A stretch of 64,000 nucleotides of DNA from an uncultured Gemmatimonadaceae bacterium (GTDB taxonomy: Bacteria > Gemmatimonadota > Gemmatimonadetes > Gemmatimonadales > Gemmatimonadaceae). Positions within the stretch are counted from its first letter, which is position 1; the number at the start of each line of letters is the position of its first letter. Of the stretch, positions 1-9,551 are shown one piece after another. The notes below the pieces were generated by a model, which saw nothing but the letters and a program-made list of their open reading frames with translations, did no database searches and was not told the DNA's origin. A program made the position numbers and the translations under genes. The stretch lies in NCBI GenBank assembly GCA_963829055.1, contig CAWHHI010000004.1, positions 832,001 through 896,000 on the forward strand, read 5' to 3'.

Positions 1-1179
1 ATCGGCTACGAGCTCCTCTACAGGCGCGCGGTCACGGATACAGCCGCCGGGGGCGTCGATCATAGCGTCATGTCGGCTGACGTCATCGTGCACGCGTGTC
101 TGAACATCGGTCTGCAGCAGCTGACATCCGGCCGCACCGTATACCTCAACTTCACGCGCGACATGCTGCTCAGTCGTGCGTATACGTTGCTGCCACCGGA
201 TGCGGTTGTCATCGAGCTGCTCGAGACGGTGGAGCCGGACGACGACGTGGAGCTCGCGTGTGAAGAGCTCGTCGACTCCGGCTACGCGCTCGCGCTCGAT
301 GACTTCGTGTGGAAGCCAAGCTATCGGCGACTCCTCGAGCTGGCGACCATCGTGAAGGTGGACGTCCTGGATCGCCCTGCGTCCGAGCTCGACGAGGTCG
401 CGCAGCAACTCGCGTCGTACGACGTGCGCCTGCTGGCCGAGCGTGTCGAAACCGCCGAGGTGCGCGCGATGTGCGCCGGCATGGGCTACGAGCTGTTCCA
501 GGGCTACTACTTCGCGCGCCCGGAGATGGTGAAGAACCGCGCGCTCATGAGCGACGAGCTCGCGATCGTGCAGGCCATGAGCGTCATGCGTGATGCGCGC
601 ACGACGGACCCGGAAGTCGCCGCGGCGTTCACCTCGGACATTGGCCTCAGCTACAAGCTGCTCCGCATGGTGAACTCGGCGGCCCAGGGAGGGCGGGGGA
701 TCGATTCGATCCTCCACGCGCTCAGGCTCAGTGGCCGAAAGGAGCTCGGCAAATGGCTCGCGCTCCTGCTCGTGTCATCGATCGCGGCGCGCGGGGCAGC
801 AAACCGCGAGCTCCTTCACCTCGCGGTCCAGCGCGGACGGATGTGTGAGTTGTTAGGCGGCTCGACGGGCCAGGAGCGTGATACGAGCGCGCTGTTCCTC
901 GTTGGTCTGTTCTCGCTGCTCGACGCGATCTCCGGCATGCCGATGGCGCAGCTGCTCGAGGCGATCACGCTGGCACCGCCGCTGGAGCAGGCGCTCATGG
1001 GCCGCACGGGACCGTACGCGGGCACGCTCACACTGGCGGAAGCGTACGAGCAAGGTGCGTGGACCACGGTGCAGGACCACGCGTCATCGTCGGGACTGAA
1101 CGAGGCGCAGGTCGGTGCGTTCTACGTTCAGTCGCTCGAGTGGACGCGTGAGCGGCTGCTGTCGCTCGCGTTAGGGTAG
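1..1179 (+). CDS. EAL + HDOD domain signalling protein (YuxH-like); 5' end lies outside the window
   Basis: Frame is open from base 1 (IGYELLYRR). Motifs ALDDF, LLAERVET and LFQGYYFARP (EAL-like), then LSYKLLRMVNSAA and FLVGLFSLLDA (HDOD). Confidence 0.85.
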   Translation: MGYELLYRRAVTDTAAGGVDHSVMSADVIVHACLNIGLQQLTSGRTVYLNFTRDMLLSRAYTLLPPDAVVIELLETVEPDDDVELACEELVDSGYALALDDFVWKPSYRRLLELATIVKVDVLDRPASELDEVAQQLASYDVRLLAERVETAEVRAMCAGMGYELFQGYYFARPEMVKNRALMSDELAIVQAMSVMRDARTTDPEVAAAFTSDIGLSYKLLRMVNSAAQGGRGIDSILHALRLSGRKELGKWLALLLVSSIAARGAANRELLHLAVQRGRMCELLGGSTGQERDTSALFLVGLFSLLDAISGMPMAQLLEAITLAPPLEQALMGRTGPYAGTLTLAEAYEQGAWTTVQDHASSSGLNEAQVGAFYVQSLEWTRERLLSLALG

Positions 1180-1209
1180 GCCCCCACGCAGCAACCAGCT
1201 CGGCGCCGA

Positions 1210-2652
1210 TCAGGCCACTTCGATCCGCCCCGGCCCGTTGAGCTTGTTCCGCAGCGTCCGGACGCTGATGCCTAACAACCCGGCCGTGCGCGTGCGGTTG
1301 TTCTTCGTTACCTCGAGAGCACGCAGGATCAGCGCCCGCTCCGCCTCATCGATGTTGAGCGATGTCAGGACCACCGCGCCCGCCGGGATCGCCACTGGGC
1401 CATCAGCGCCGATCGCTCCCACTGGCCCGCCTGACGAGAGCGCCGCGCTGCGCGCCGCTGCCTGACGCGCCAGCGGATGCACGAGGCCGAGCTGTTGTCC
1501 CTCGAAGGCGTGCGCCTGCAACACCGGGTCTCGGCTCAGGATCACCGCGCGTTCCACGGCGTGCTGCAACTCACGGACGTTGCCCGGCCAGGGATAGGAC
1601 GCCAGGAGCGCGAGTGCTTCCTGCGAGATCCCTGTGATCTCCTTCTTGATCTCCGCCGCCGCGCGTGTCGCGAACCGGTACGCCAGGATCGGGATGTCCT
1701 CCGCGCGGTCGCGGAGCGGTGGGATCACGATCGGCATCACGCTCAGTCTATGATAGAGGTCCTGCCGGAACGTCCCAGCCGCCGCATCGGCGGCGAGATC
1801 GCGGTTCGTCGTAGCGACGACGCGCACGTCGACCCGAATCGGTGATGTCCCACCCACGCGCTCGAACTCCTGCTCCTGCAGCACACGCAGCAGCTTCGCC
1901 TGCAGCTCGAGCTTCATCTCCGATATCTCGTCGAGCAGCAACGTCCCACCGTTCGCGCGCTCGAACGCACCCTCGACGCGCTTGATGGCGCCCGTGAATG
2001 CCCCGCGCTCGTGACCGAACAGCGCGCTCTCGATCAGGCCATCGGGAAGGGCAGCGCAATTCAACTTGATGAACGCCTTGCTGCGACGGTCGCTCAGGTC
2101 GTGGATGGCGCGGGCGAACAGCTCCTTCCCAGTGCCACTCTCGCCTTGCAGCAGAACCGTCGCGCGCGTGGGGGCAGCCATCGCGACCGTCTGCAGGATG
2201 CGTCGGACGACAACGCTGTCGCCGATGATCTGGCGTTCGTTCCGGAACTCCATCACCTCGCGGCGCAGCATCTCGTTCTCGCGCCGCAGTCGCACGAATT
2301 CCAGCGCCTGTTCCACCGCGAGCTCCAGCTGCTGCGGCTTGACGGGCTTCGTGATGTAGTCGATCGCGCCAGCCTTGATCGCGGCCACCGCGTGCTCGAT
2401 GCTCGCGTAGCCCGTGAGCATGATCAGCGGCACATCGTACCCTTCGCGTTGCAGCAGCGACAGGAACTCCAGTCCCGTCAGCCCCGGCATTCTATAGTCG
2501 GAGATGATGAGATCGACCCGCTCGCGCGACAGGACCTGGAGCGCCTCCACGACATTCGCTGCGCTCAGGGATCGATGACCGGCGCGTTTCAGCGTGTCAT
2601 CGACCAGCAGACCGACGGACGGCTCGTCGTCGACGTGAAGGATTGTGGCCAT
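1210..2652 (-). CDS. Sigma54-dependent response regulator (NtrC/AtoC family)
   Basis: N-terminal REC domain (VDDE...ISDYRMPG), Walker A GESGTGKE, GAFTGA loop, WPGNVREL, C-terminal Fis-type HTH. Confidence 0.95.
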   Translation of the reverse strand: MATILHVDDEPSVGLLVDDTLKRAGHRSLSAANVVEALQVLSRERVDLIISDYRMPGLTGLEFLSLLQREGYDVPLIMLTGYASIEHAVAAIKAGAIDYITKPVKPQQLELAVEQALEFVRLRRENEMLRREVMEFRNERQIIGDSVVVRRILQTVAMAAPTRATVLLQGESGTGKELFARAIHDLSDRRSKAFIKLNCAALPDGLIESALFGHERGAFTGAIKRVEGAFERANGGTLLLDEISEMKLELQAKLLRVLQEQEFERVGGTSPIRVDVRVVATTNRDLAADAAAGTFRQDLYHRLSVMPIVIPPLRDRAEDIPILAYRFATRAAAEIKKEITGISQEALALLASYPWPGNVRELQHAVERAVILSRDPVLQAHAFEGQQLGLVHPLARQAAARSAALSSGGPVGAIGADGPVAIPAGAVVLTSLNIDEAERALILRALEVTKNNRTRTAGLLGISVRTLRNKLNGPGRIEVA

Positions 2653-2865
2653 TACGGGGGTTAGAGCGTCGATCGCAAGCGGGGGATCGCAGAACGATCG
2701 CGCGACGATCGGCAGTTCGTTGCCGACGCTTAACTTCTGCCGCCAGAGCGCCGATACTGGCTAGCAGACGCGTGTATCCCTGGCGCCGCAACCGGTCGCG
2801 CACCTCGCCGCGGCACTCGGCTGCGAAACCTGGGTGATGATCACCCACGTGCCGACTTCTGCTGG

Positions 2866-3159
2866 ATGTTCGATCCGACCGTCTCCGCCACCTCGAACCA
2901 CCTGCGCGACCTCATTCAGTCGTCGGGCCCACTCGGTGTGAGCGAGCTGTCTCAGGTTCTCGCGCGTGGGTACGGCGAGACCGTTAGCGTACTCGGCAGC
3001 CTCCGCGCGAGCCGCAACCTGCTCGAGCGCACGACGGTGGATTCCCTGGACTACGCATCGTCGGTGCTGACGGAAATGGAGACTCGGCTTGCCGGGTTGG
3101 CGAGCATCCTCGATCCGACGGCGTTAGGCACCGCGCATCCGGAGCGCGTCAAGCCGTAG
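2866..3159 (+). CDS. Small hypothetical protein, possibly a shortened CheZ-like helical protein
   Basis: 97-aa ORF with host-like codons. LDYASSVLTEMETRL resembles, from memory, the helix following QFQD in CheZ-like proteins; the QFQD motif itself is absent. Confidence 0.4.
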   Translation: MFDPTVSATSNHLRDLIQSSGPLGVSELSQVLARGYGETVSVLGSLRASRNLLERTTVDSLDYASSVLTEMETRLAGLASILDPTALGTAHPERVKP

Positions 3160-3167
3160 ACCGGGTC

Positions 3168-3307
3168 GTCATTCCGAGCGAAGCGTCCGGAGGCGCGCAG
3201 TCGAGGAATCGCGACTGTAAGCGGTAGAGGGGCCCTCTATCGGGACGATCGCGATTCCTCGACTCAGCTGTCGCTCGCTCGGCCTTCGGCGCCCCGCTCG
3301 GAATGAC
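3168..3307. repeat. REP-like palindromic element (GTCATTCCGAGCG...CGCTCGGAATGAC family)
   Basis: 13-bp terminal inverted repeats, inner GTCGAGGAATCGCGA/TCGCGATTCCTCGAC arms; lies between convergent genes; related copies at 16351, 30111 and 37051. Confidence 0.85.
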
Positions 3308-3311
3308 CCGG

Positions 3312-4766
3312 CTAGTTCGCCTCGTGGGCGGGCACCGGCAGCCGCACCGCGAAGCGCGACCCGCCACTCCCCGACTCCTCGAGCGACACCGTTCCACCGT
3401 GCGTCTGCGCGACCCACGCCGCGATCGCCAGCCCCAGCCCCGCGCCACTCGTCGCCGACGCGCGGCGATCACGGTCCGAGCGATAGAAGCGGTCGAAGAT
3501 GTGCGGTTGCGCCTCCGGCGGAATCCCGGGCCCGGTATCCGAAACAGTGACCAGATAGTCGCCGTTCTGGCGCTCGGCCGAGAGCGTCACATCGCCGCCC
3601 GCGGGCGTGTACTTGATGGCGTTGTCCAGCAGATTCACGAACAGGCGACGTAGCAGCGCTTCGTCACCCTGAAACGGGAGATCCTCCTCGCCAGTGAACG
3701 CGAGTGAGACCTGCTTCTGCTCGGCGAGTGACCGCACCGCGCGCACCGAGTCCGCCGCGACTTCGCCGAGGTAAACCTCGCGCGGCACCGTGATCGGATC
3801 GCCGGCTTCGGCGCGCGCGAGAAGAAACAGGTCATCGACGATGCGCTTGAGTCGATTGCTCTCGCCGCGCACGCGCTCCAGAGCGTCGCGCAGCTCCGCG
3901 GTCGACCGTCCGTCGCGTGACAGGGCCAGCTCGGCTTCGCCGCTGATGATCGCGACCGGCGTCCGAAGCTCGTGGGACGCATCGGCCATCAACCGCCGCT
4001 GCTCGTCGAACGAGCGATCGAGTCGCCCGAGGAGGTCATTGAGCACCGCGGCCAGGCGGCCAAGCTCGTCGCGCGGGTTTGGTACCGCGACACGCTCGTG
4101 CAGAGACGTCGCGCCGATTCGCGCCGCCTGCTCGGCGATGGCGGACACCGGCTCGAGACTCTTGCGCGCCAGCAGACTCCCTCCTGCCGTCGCGACGATG
4201 AGCATCAGCGGAATGCCGAAGCCCAGTGCATAACGCGTCTCGCGCAGCGTCGTCTCCTGTGACTCGAGCGATCGCGCAGCGCCGATCACGATATCGCGAT
4301 TCCCGAGTCGGTAGGGCAGGGCGACCACCCGCACAGGACCGGATTCACCGAAGCCGGTCGCGAACTGCGTTTGTTGCTCCGGGCGTGTCCGCGCGAGGAT
4401 GGTGCGGAGGTCTGGCAGCTGCTGCGCCGCGTGGGTGCGCGGCGCGGTCGATCGGCGCCGCGCACCCAGATCGACCATCAGCATCCGATTCTCCTGACGG
4501 TCGAAGACCGTTACCGCGATGTCGCGGAATCGGAACTCTTCCAGCACGTCCTCGACGGTCTGATCGAACGGCTTGCCGCTGCCGCGCTCGAACTCCATCG
4601 CCCCCGCAACCGCGCCAGCCGTCTCAGCCAGGTACTCGTCGATGCGCTGCTGTGTGACGCGGCCGAGAAACGCGTACGCGGCGAGCGCGAAGATTGACAG
4701 CAGGAGCGCGAACGCGCCGACGTACCACGCCGAGAGACGCGTGCGAATCGATGCCGCGACTTTCAT
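3312..4766 (-). CDS. Sensor histidine kinase (HAMP-HisKA-HATPase; CusS-like layout)
   Basis: Two TM segments, HAMP (DELGRLA), H-box ADASHELRTP, N-box NLLDNAIKY, G-boxes DTGPGI and GAGLGL. Confidence 0.95.
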   Translation of the reverse strand: MKVAASIRTRLSAWYVGAFALLLSIFALAAYAFLGRVTQQRIDEYLAETAGAVAGAMEFERGSGKPFDQTVEDVLEEFRFRDIAVTVFDRQENRMLMVDLGARRRSTAPRTHAAQQLPDLRTILARTRPEQQTQFATGFGESGPVRVVALPYRLGNRDIVIGAARSLESQETTLRETRYALGFGIPLMLIVATAGGSLLARKSLEPVSAIAEQAARIGATSLHERVAVPNPRDELGRLAAVLNDLLGRLDRSFDEQRRLMADASHELRTPVAIISGEAELALSRDGRSTAELRDALERVRGESNRLKRIVDDLFLLARAEAGDPITVPREVYLGEVAADSVRAVRSLAEQKQVSLAFTGEEDLPFQGDEALLRRLFVNLLDNAIKYTPAGGDVTLSAERQNGDYLVTVSDTGPGIPPEAQPHIFDRFYRSDRDRRASATSGAGLGLAIAAWVAQTHGGTVSLEESGSGGSRFAVRLPVPAHEAN

Positions 4767-5506
4767 CCCGACCGCGTGTCCTCATCGTTCGCGCCACGGC
4801 GCGAGGCCGTCCGCGCGGGCGTCGCGCGCTCCACGCCTTCGGGTGCGAGCAGATACCCCGCGCCGCGTCGCGTGTGAATGAGTGGCGTGCCTTCGCCCTC
4901 GTCCACTTTCTTGCGCAGACGGTTGATGTAAACCTCGATCGCGTTCGAGAACGGATCATGGTTGGCGTCCCAAACGTGTTCGCATAGCTCGGCGCGGCCG
5001 ATCACACGACCCGCGTTCCGCGCCAGGTACTCGAGCATCACGTACTCCTTCGTCGTGAGTGGAATGCGGCGCCCTCCGCGCGCCACGTCCTGCCCGCGAG
5101 TGTCGATGACGAGATCGTCTATCGTGAGTGTCGTTGGCAGCAACGCCGGCATGCGTCGCAGCAATGCGCGGAGCCGAGCGTACAGCTCATCGAGCTCGAA
5201 CGGCTTGACGAGATAATCGTCGGCGCCAGCGTCGAGCCCCGTCACGCGATCGCTCACCGCGTCGCGCGCGGTCAACATCAGTATGGGCGTCGCGCGTCCC
5301 TTCGCGCGAAGCGCGCGGCTCACTTCGAGCCCGCTCTGCTTGGGCAGGTTAACGTCGAGGATCAGCGCGTCGTATTCGTTGACCGACGCCTGGAATACGG
5401 CATCGGTTCCATCGTGCGACACATCGACCGCGTACCCCTGCTCGCGCAGGCTCCGCGCGAGCATGTCGGACAGCTTCGTGTCGTCCTCAACCAGTAGCAA
5501 TCGCAT
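4763..5506 (-). CDS. OmpR-family response regulator
   Basis: MRLLLVEDD, ILDVNLP, GADDYLVKPF, winged helix IEVYINRLRKK...HTRRGAGY; overlaps the kinase start by 4 bp. Confidence 0.95.
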   Translation of the reverse strand: MRLLLVEDDTKLSDMLARSLREQGYAVDVSHDGTDAVFQASVNEYDALILDVNLPKQSGLEVSRALRAKGRATPILMLTARDAVSDRVTGLDAGADDYLVKPFELDELYARLRALLRRMPALLPTTLTIDDLVIDTRGQDVARGGRRIPLTTKEYVMLEYLARNAGRVIGRAELCEHVWDANHDPFSNAIEVYINRLRKKVDEGEGTPLIHTRRGAGYLLAPEGVERATPARTASRRGANDEDTRSG

Positions 5507-5668
5507 GGGTTTCTCCAGCGCGTCGCGCAGGACTGTAAGCCGTTAACCGTCGTTTAGCTCATCACACGCAATTTCATACGCAACGAACCGAGGCCCGCTC
5601 TGGCAACGGTTACAAGGACCCGCCGCCGTCGCACACGCGCGAGGCTGCGTTCAACATTGGAGGAGTGT

Positions 5669-6040
5669 ATGCTCGCACGCAACGCACTGATGCTGGTTGC
5701 CGCTACCGCGCTCACCGCCGCTGTGGCCGGCGCACAACAGCCAACCAAGCCATCCACCACCCACTCTACGACTTCGGCGAAGAAGTCGACCAGCACGGCC
5801 GCCCCGCTCCCGATCAGTTCCGATTCTGCCAAGAAGATTGTCGCCGCCAACGAATCCGGCGCCACGGTGTCGTCCGCCCACCTGCATCACAAGGGCGACA
5901 AGGCATACTACACCGTCAGCTACAAAATGAAGGGTGAGTCGAAGAGCATGAGCGCTACGGTCGATGCGCACACGGGCGCGTTTACTCCGCCTGCTCCGTC
6001 CACGACTACGACGAAGCCGGCCACGAAGAAGCCGTCCTGA
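5669..6040 (+). CDS. Secreted PepSY-domain protein
   Basis: GGAGGAG RBS, signal peptide ending AGA-QQ, PepSY pattern ISSDSAKKIV...YYTVSY...VDAHTG. Confidence 0.7.
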   Translation: MLARNALMLVAATALTAAVAGAQQPTKPSTTHSTTSAKKSTSTAAPLPISSDSAKKIVAANESGATVSSAHLHHKGDKAYYTVSYKMKGESKSMSATVDAHTGAFTPPAPSTTTTKPATKKPS

Positions 6041-6260
6041 GCAGCAGCAGTCCAGCCGGCTGACCGCGGTGTCTTCCGTATTACCGCCCGGGCGCGCGAA
6101 TCGCGCGCGTTCGGGCTCCACCGGAGCCGGTGACGTTCACGTTAGGCCGGCGGCGCCGTGTCAGGCGACGCGCGCCGCCGCTCTGACGCAGCAGGTCGGG
6201 GCGGACGCCGTTTCGACGCGGAGCTCGACTCCCCCCGACGCCGCCCGCTCGGACCATGCG

Positions 6261-8804
6261 TTGGTCCGGCGATGGTTGGTTCCTGGTGTCGCGGTGCTCC
6301 TTGGCGTGCTGGCGCTCATCGCGCTGCGCGCCGAGGCGCACGCGCTTCGCTACCGCGCGCTGAGCGCTGCCGTCCGCGCGCTCCCGCGAGAGTCGATTGC
6401 CCTCGCGGTGCTCGCGACGCTCGTCGCGTACGCCGTGCTGCCCGCGTATGACGCACTCGCCCTCCGCTACGTCGGCCGCCCCCTCGGCGTACGTCGCACG
6501 GTGTTCGCGTCGGTCATCGCGTACGGGTTCAGTCAGACGATCGGCCTTGCCGCTCTCGCGGGCGCCTCCGTTCGCTACCGCTTCTGGACCGCATGGGGGC
6601 TGTCGGCGGCCGAGGTGGCGCAGGGAGTGGCGTTCACGACGGTGACGCTGTGGCTTGGCGTCGCCACGGTGGGCGGCGTCGCCTGTCTGCTGGGCGACCT
6701 TCCCACTGGCGCTTCCGGTTTGCTGTCGCCGCCGCTGATGCGCGCGTTAGGTGTCGTCCTGCTCGCGCTGCCGGTGGCGTATCTCGTCTGGAACGTGCGC
6801 GCGAGACACGCACTCGCTGTCGGCGGCTGGCGCTTCTCGGCACCAGGTCCGCGTGTCGCCACGATGCAGATCGTCGTCGCATCTGTCGACTGGCTGCTCG
6901 CGAGTCTCGTGCTCTACGCGCTTCTCGCGCCGCTCGGTGTCGGGCTCGGACCGCTCGTTCGCGTGTTCATCCTTGGCCAGGTGATTGGTCTCATCAGCCA
7001 TGTGCCGGGCGGGCTCGGCGTATTCGAGTCGATCGTGCTCCTGGCGTTGCGGCCCGTGGCGTCGGCCGAAGCCGTCCTTCCCGCACTGATTGCGTATCGC
7101 GCGATCTACTACGCCGCACCCTTCGCGACCGCGGCGATTGGTCTCGCTGCCTACGAGCTGACGCGTCGAGGCAACGCGGTCGCGTCGGCGGTGCGCGCCG
7201 CGAGCCGTTGGGTGCCGGGTACAGTCCCGTATTTCCTGAGCCTAACGACGTTCGCTGCCGGTGTGCTGCTGATGTTCTCTGGCGCGACGCCCGCGGTGCA
7301 CGCCCGCCTTCGCTGGCTCGATGCGTTCTTCCCCCTCGCCGTCATCGAAGTCTCGCATTTCGCCGCGAGCGTCGCTGGCGTGATACTCATTCTGCTTGCG
7401 AACGGTATTCGCCGGCGACTCGATGCTGCGTATCACCTCGCGGTGCTCGCGCTCGTCGTCGGCATCGCCGGATCGCTGTTGAAGGGCGCTGACTACGAGG
7501 AAGCGCTGGCGCTCCTGGTCGTGCTCGCCGCGGTGCTGCCGGCGCGCCAACATTTCTTTCGACGCGCAGCCATAACGAGCGAGCCGTTCACCCCCGGATG
7601 GATCGCGGCGCTGGCGCTCGCGATCGTGGCCACGGTGTGGCTCGGAGTGTTTTCGTACGGCCACGTCGCGTTCTCGAACGATCTCTGGTGGCGGTTCGCG
7701 ACTGCCGCTGACGCCCCACGGTTTCTCCGCGCGATGGTCGGTACTGCCGGCGTGGTCGTCGCGTTCAGTCTCGCGCGCCTGCTTCGCATCGGGGCGCCGC
7801 CGAGCACGCCGCCAGCGGCGACTGATCTCGCTCGCGCGAAAGCAGTCGCGAACCGCTGCCCTGACGTGCGCGCGCATCTCGCGCTCCTCGGCGACAAGTC
7901 ACTCCTGTTCAGCGACAGCGGCGAATCGTTCATCATGTACGGAGTGTCCGGGCGGAGCTGGGTCGCGTTAGGGGACCCGCTCGGGCCATCGTCGGAGCAT
8001 GCGGAGCTCGCATGGCGATTTCGCGAGCTCGCGCTTCGGCACGGCGGCTGGCCGGTGTTTTACCAGGTGAGCCGCGACCTGCTTCCGCTCTGGATCGACC
8101 TCGGGCTCACGCTGCTCAAGCTCGGCGAGGAAGCGCACGTCATTCTGCCGGAGTTCGGTCTCGAGGGCGGGAGCCGTCGCGGTTTGCGGCGCACGGTCAA
8201 TGACGTCGAGCGCAGCGGCACGACGTTCGAGATCATACCGCCGGAGCTCGTCCCGCCGTTGCTGCCCGAACTGCAAGCTGTTTCGGACGATTGGCTCGCG
8301 GCCAAGCGCACGCGCGAGAAGGGATTCTCGCTCGGATACTTCGATGCCGCCTATCTCGCGCACTTTCCGATCGCCGTCGCGCGCCGCGACGGTGCGATCG
8401 TCGCGTTCGCGAACGTGTGGTCCAGCGACGCCAGGCAGACGGCCTCCGCCGACCTCATGCGGTTCTCGCGCGCGGCGCCGCGCGGCGTGATGGAATACGT
8501 GTTCGTGAAGCTCATGCTCTGGGCGCGCGATGAGGGCTACCAGATATTCGACCTCGGCATGGCGCCACTGTCGGGGTTCGAGCGCCGCGCGCTCGCGCCG
8601 GCGTGGCATCGCCTCGGAGAGCTCGTGTATCGCCACGGCGAGCACTTCTATCACTTCCGTGGCCTGCGTCAGTACAAGGAGAAGTTCGATCCCGTGTGGG
8701 AGCCTCGATACCTCGCCGCGCCCGGAGGCCTCGCCATTCCTCGCATTCTCGCGAACGTCACGACGCTCGTGTCGGGCGGCATAGCCGGCGTGGTGAGAAA
8801 GTGA
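6261..8804 (+). CDS. mprF: Bifunctional lysylphosphatidylglycerol flippase/synthetase (start uncertain)
   Basis: Many TM helices, SHVPGGLGVFE, YRAIYY, LALLGDK, REKGFSLG, DLMR, GLRQYKEKFDPVWEPRYLA. Confidence 0.93.
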   Translation: MVRRWLVPGVAVLLGVLALIALRAEAHALRYRALSAAVRALPRESIALAVLATLVAYAVLPAYDALALRYVGRPLGVRRTVFASVIAYGFSQTIGLAALAGASVRYRFWTAWGLSAAEVAQGVAFTTVTLWLGVATVGGVACLLGDLPTGASGLLSPPLMRALGVVLLALPVAYLVWNVRARHALAVGGWRFSAPGPRVATMQIVVASVDWLLASLVLYALLAPLGVGLGPLVRVFILGQVIGLISHVPGGLGVFESIVLLALRPVASAEAVLPALIAYRAIYYAAPFATAAIGLAAYELTRRGNAVASAVRAASRWVPGTVPYFLSLTTFAAGVLLMFSGATPAVHARLRWLDAFFPLAVIEVSHFAASVAGVILILLANGIRRRLDAAYHLAVLALVVGIAGSLLKGADYEEALALLVVLAAVLPARQHFFRRAAITSEPFTPGWIAALALAIVATVWLGVFSYGHVAFSNDLWWRFATAADAPRFLRAMVGTAGVVVAFSLARLLRIGAPPSTPPAATDLARAKAVANRCPDVRAHLALLGDKSLLFSDSGESFIMYGVSGRSWVALGDPLGPSSEHAELAWRFRELALRHGGWPVFYQVSRDLLPLWIDLGLTLLKLGEEAHVILPEFGLEGGSRRGLRRTVNDVERSGTTFEIIPPELVPPLLPELQAVSDDWLAAKRTREKGFSLGYFDAAYLAHFPIAVARRDGAIVAFANVWSSDARQTASADLMRFSRAAPRGVMEYVFVKLMLWARDEGYQIFDLGMAPLSGFERRALAPAWHRLGELVYRHGEHFYHFRGLRQYKEKFDPVWEPRYLAAPGGLAIPRILANVTTLVSGGIAGVVRK

Positions 8805-9547
8805 TCTCGCGTATCGCGTCGAGGGTTGCCGCGGCGTTGCTCGCGATGAGTGTGGCCTCGGCGCCGGCCGCCGCGCAGAAGAAACCCGTGTCACGTGCTG
8901 ACAACGACGTCAGCGGCCTCCCGTTGCACGTCGTCGGTACGAAGGGTGGATCACCGGCCGCGCTCGCCATCGTCCTCAGCGGAGATGGCGGTTGGGCCAG
9001 CATCGACAAACGCATCGGTGACGACTTCGCCGCGAGCGGTATTGCGGTGGTCGGTCTGGATTCGCGCGCGTATCTGATGGATGGGAAGACGCCCGACGAG
9101 GCCGCGGCCGACATCGCGCGCGTCATGCGTCACTACACGACGGAGTGGTCGGTGCAGCGCGTCGCGATCGTCGGGTATTCGCGCGGCGCGGACATGGCGC
9201 CGTTCATCGTCAACCGGCTGCCGGCTGACCTGCGACAGCAGGTTGCACTCATCGCGCTGCTGGGGCCTGCCGAGCGCGCCAACTTCCAGTTTCACTGGGC
9301 CGACATGTTGACGGAGACGTCGAAGCCGTCGGACCCGCCGATCCTGCCGGAGCTCGAACGTCTACGCGGCACGTTGGTGCTCTGCGTGTACGGCAAGGAC
9401 GAGAAGGAATCCCTCTGCCGCCTCGCCGACCCGACCGCCGTCCATGTCGACCGCCGCGACGGGCGCCATCACTTCGACGGCGACTACGATGCGATCGCGA
9501 CCGAGATCCTGCGCCTCTTCGCGCCGCTCGACGCGAACCGGCGCTGA
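8801..9547 (+). CDS. AcvB/VirJ family lysyl-phosphatidylglycerol hydrolase
   Basis: GTG start overlapping the mprF stop; signal peptide; SGDGGW, GYSRGAD nucleophile, HHFDGDY. Confidence 0.88.
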   Translation: MISRIASRVAAALLAMSVASAPAAAQKKPVSRADNDVSGLPLHVVGTKGGSPAALAIVLSGDGGWASIDKRIGDDFAASGIAVVGLDSRAYLMDGKTPDEAAADIARVMRHYTTEWSVQRVAIVGYSRGADMAPFIVNRLPADLRQQVALIALLGPAERANFQFHWADMLTETSKPSDPPILPELERLRGTLVLCVYGKDEKESLCRLADPTAVHVDRRDGRHHFDGDYDAIATEILRLFAPLDANRR

Positions 9548-9551
9548 GTCG

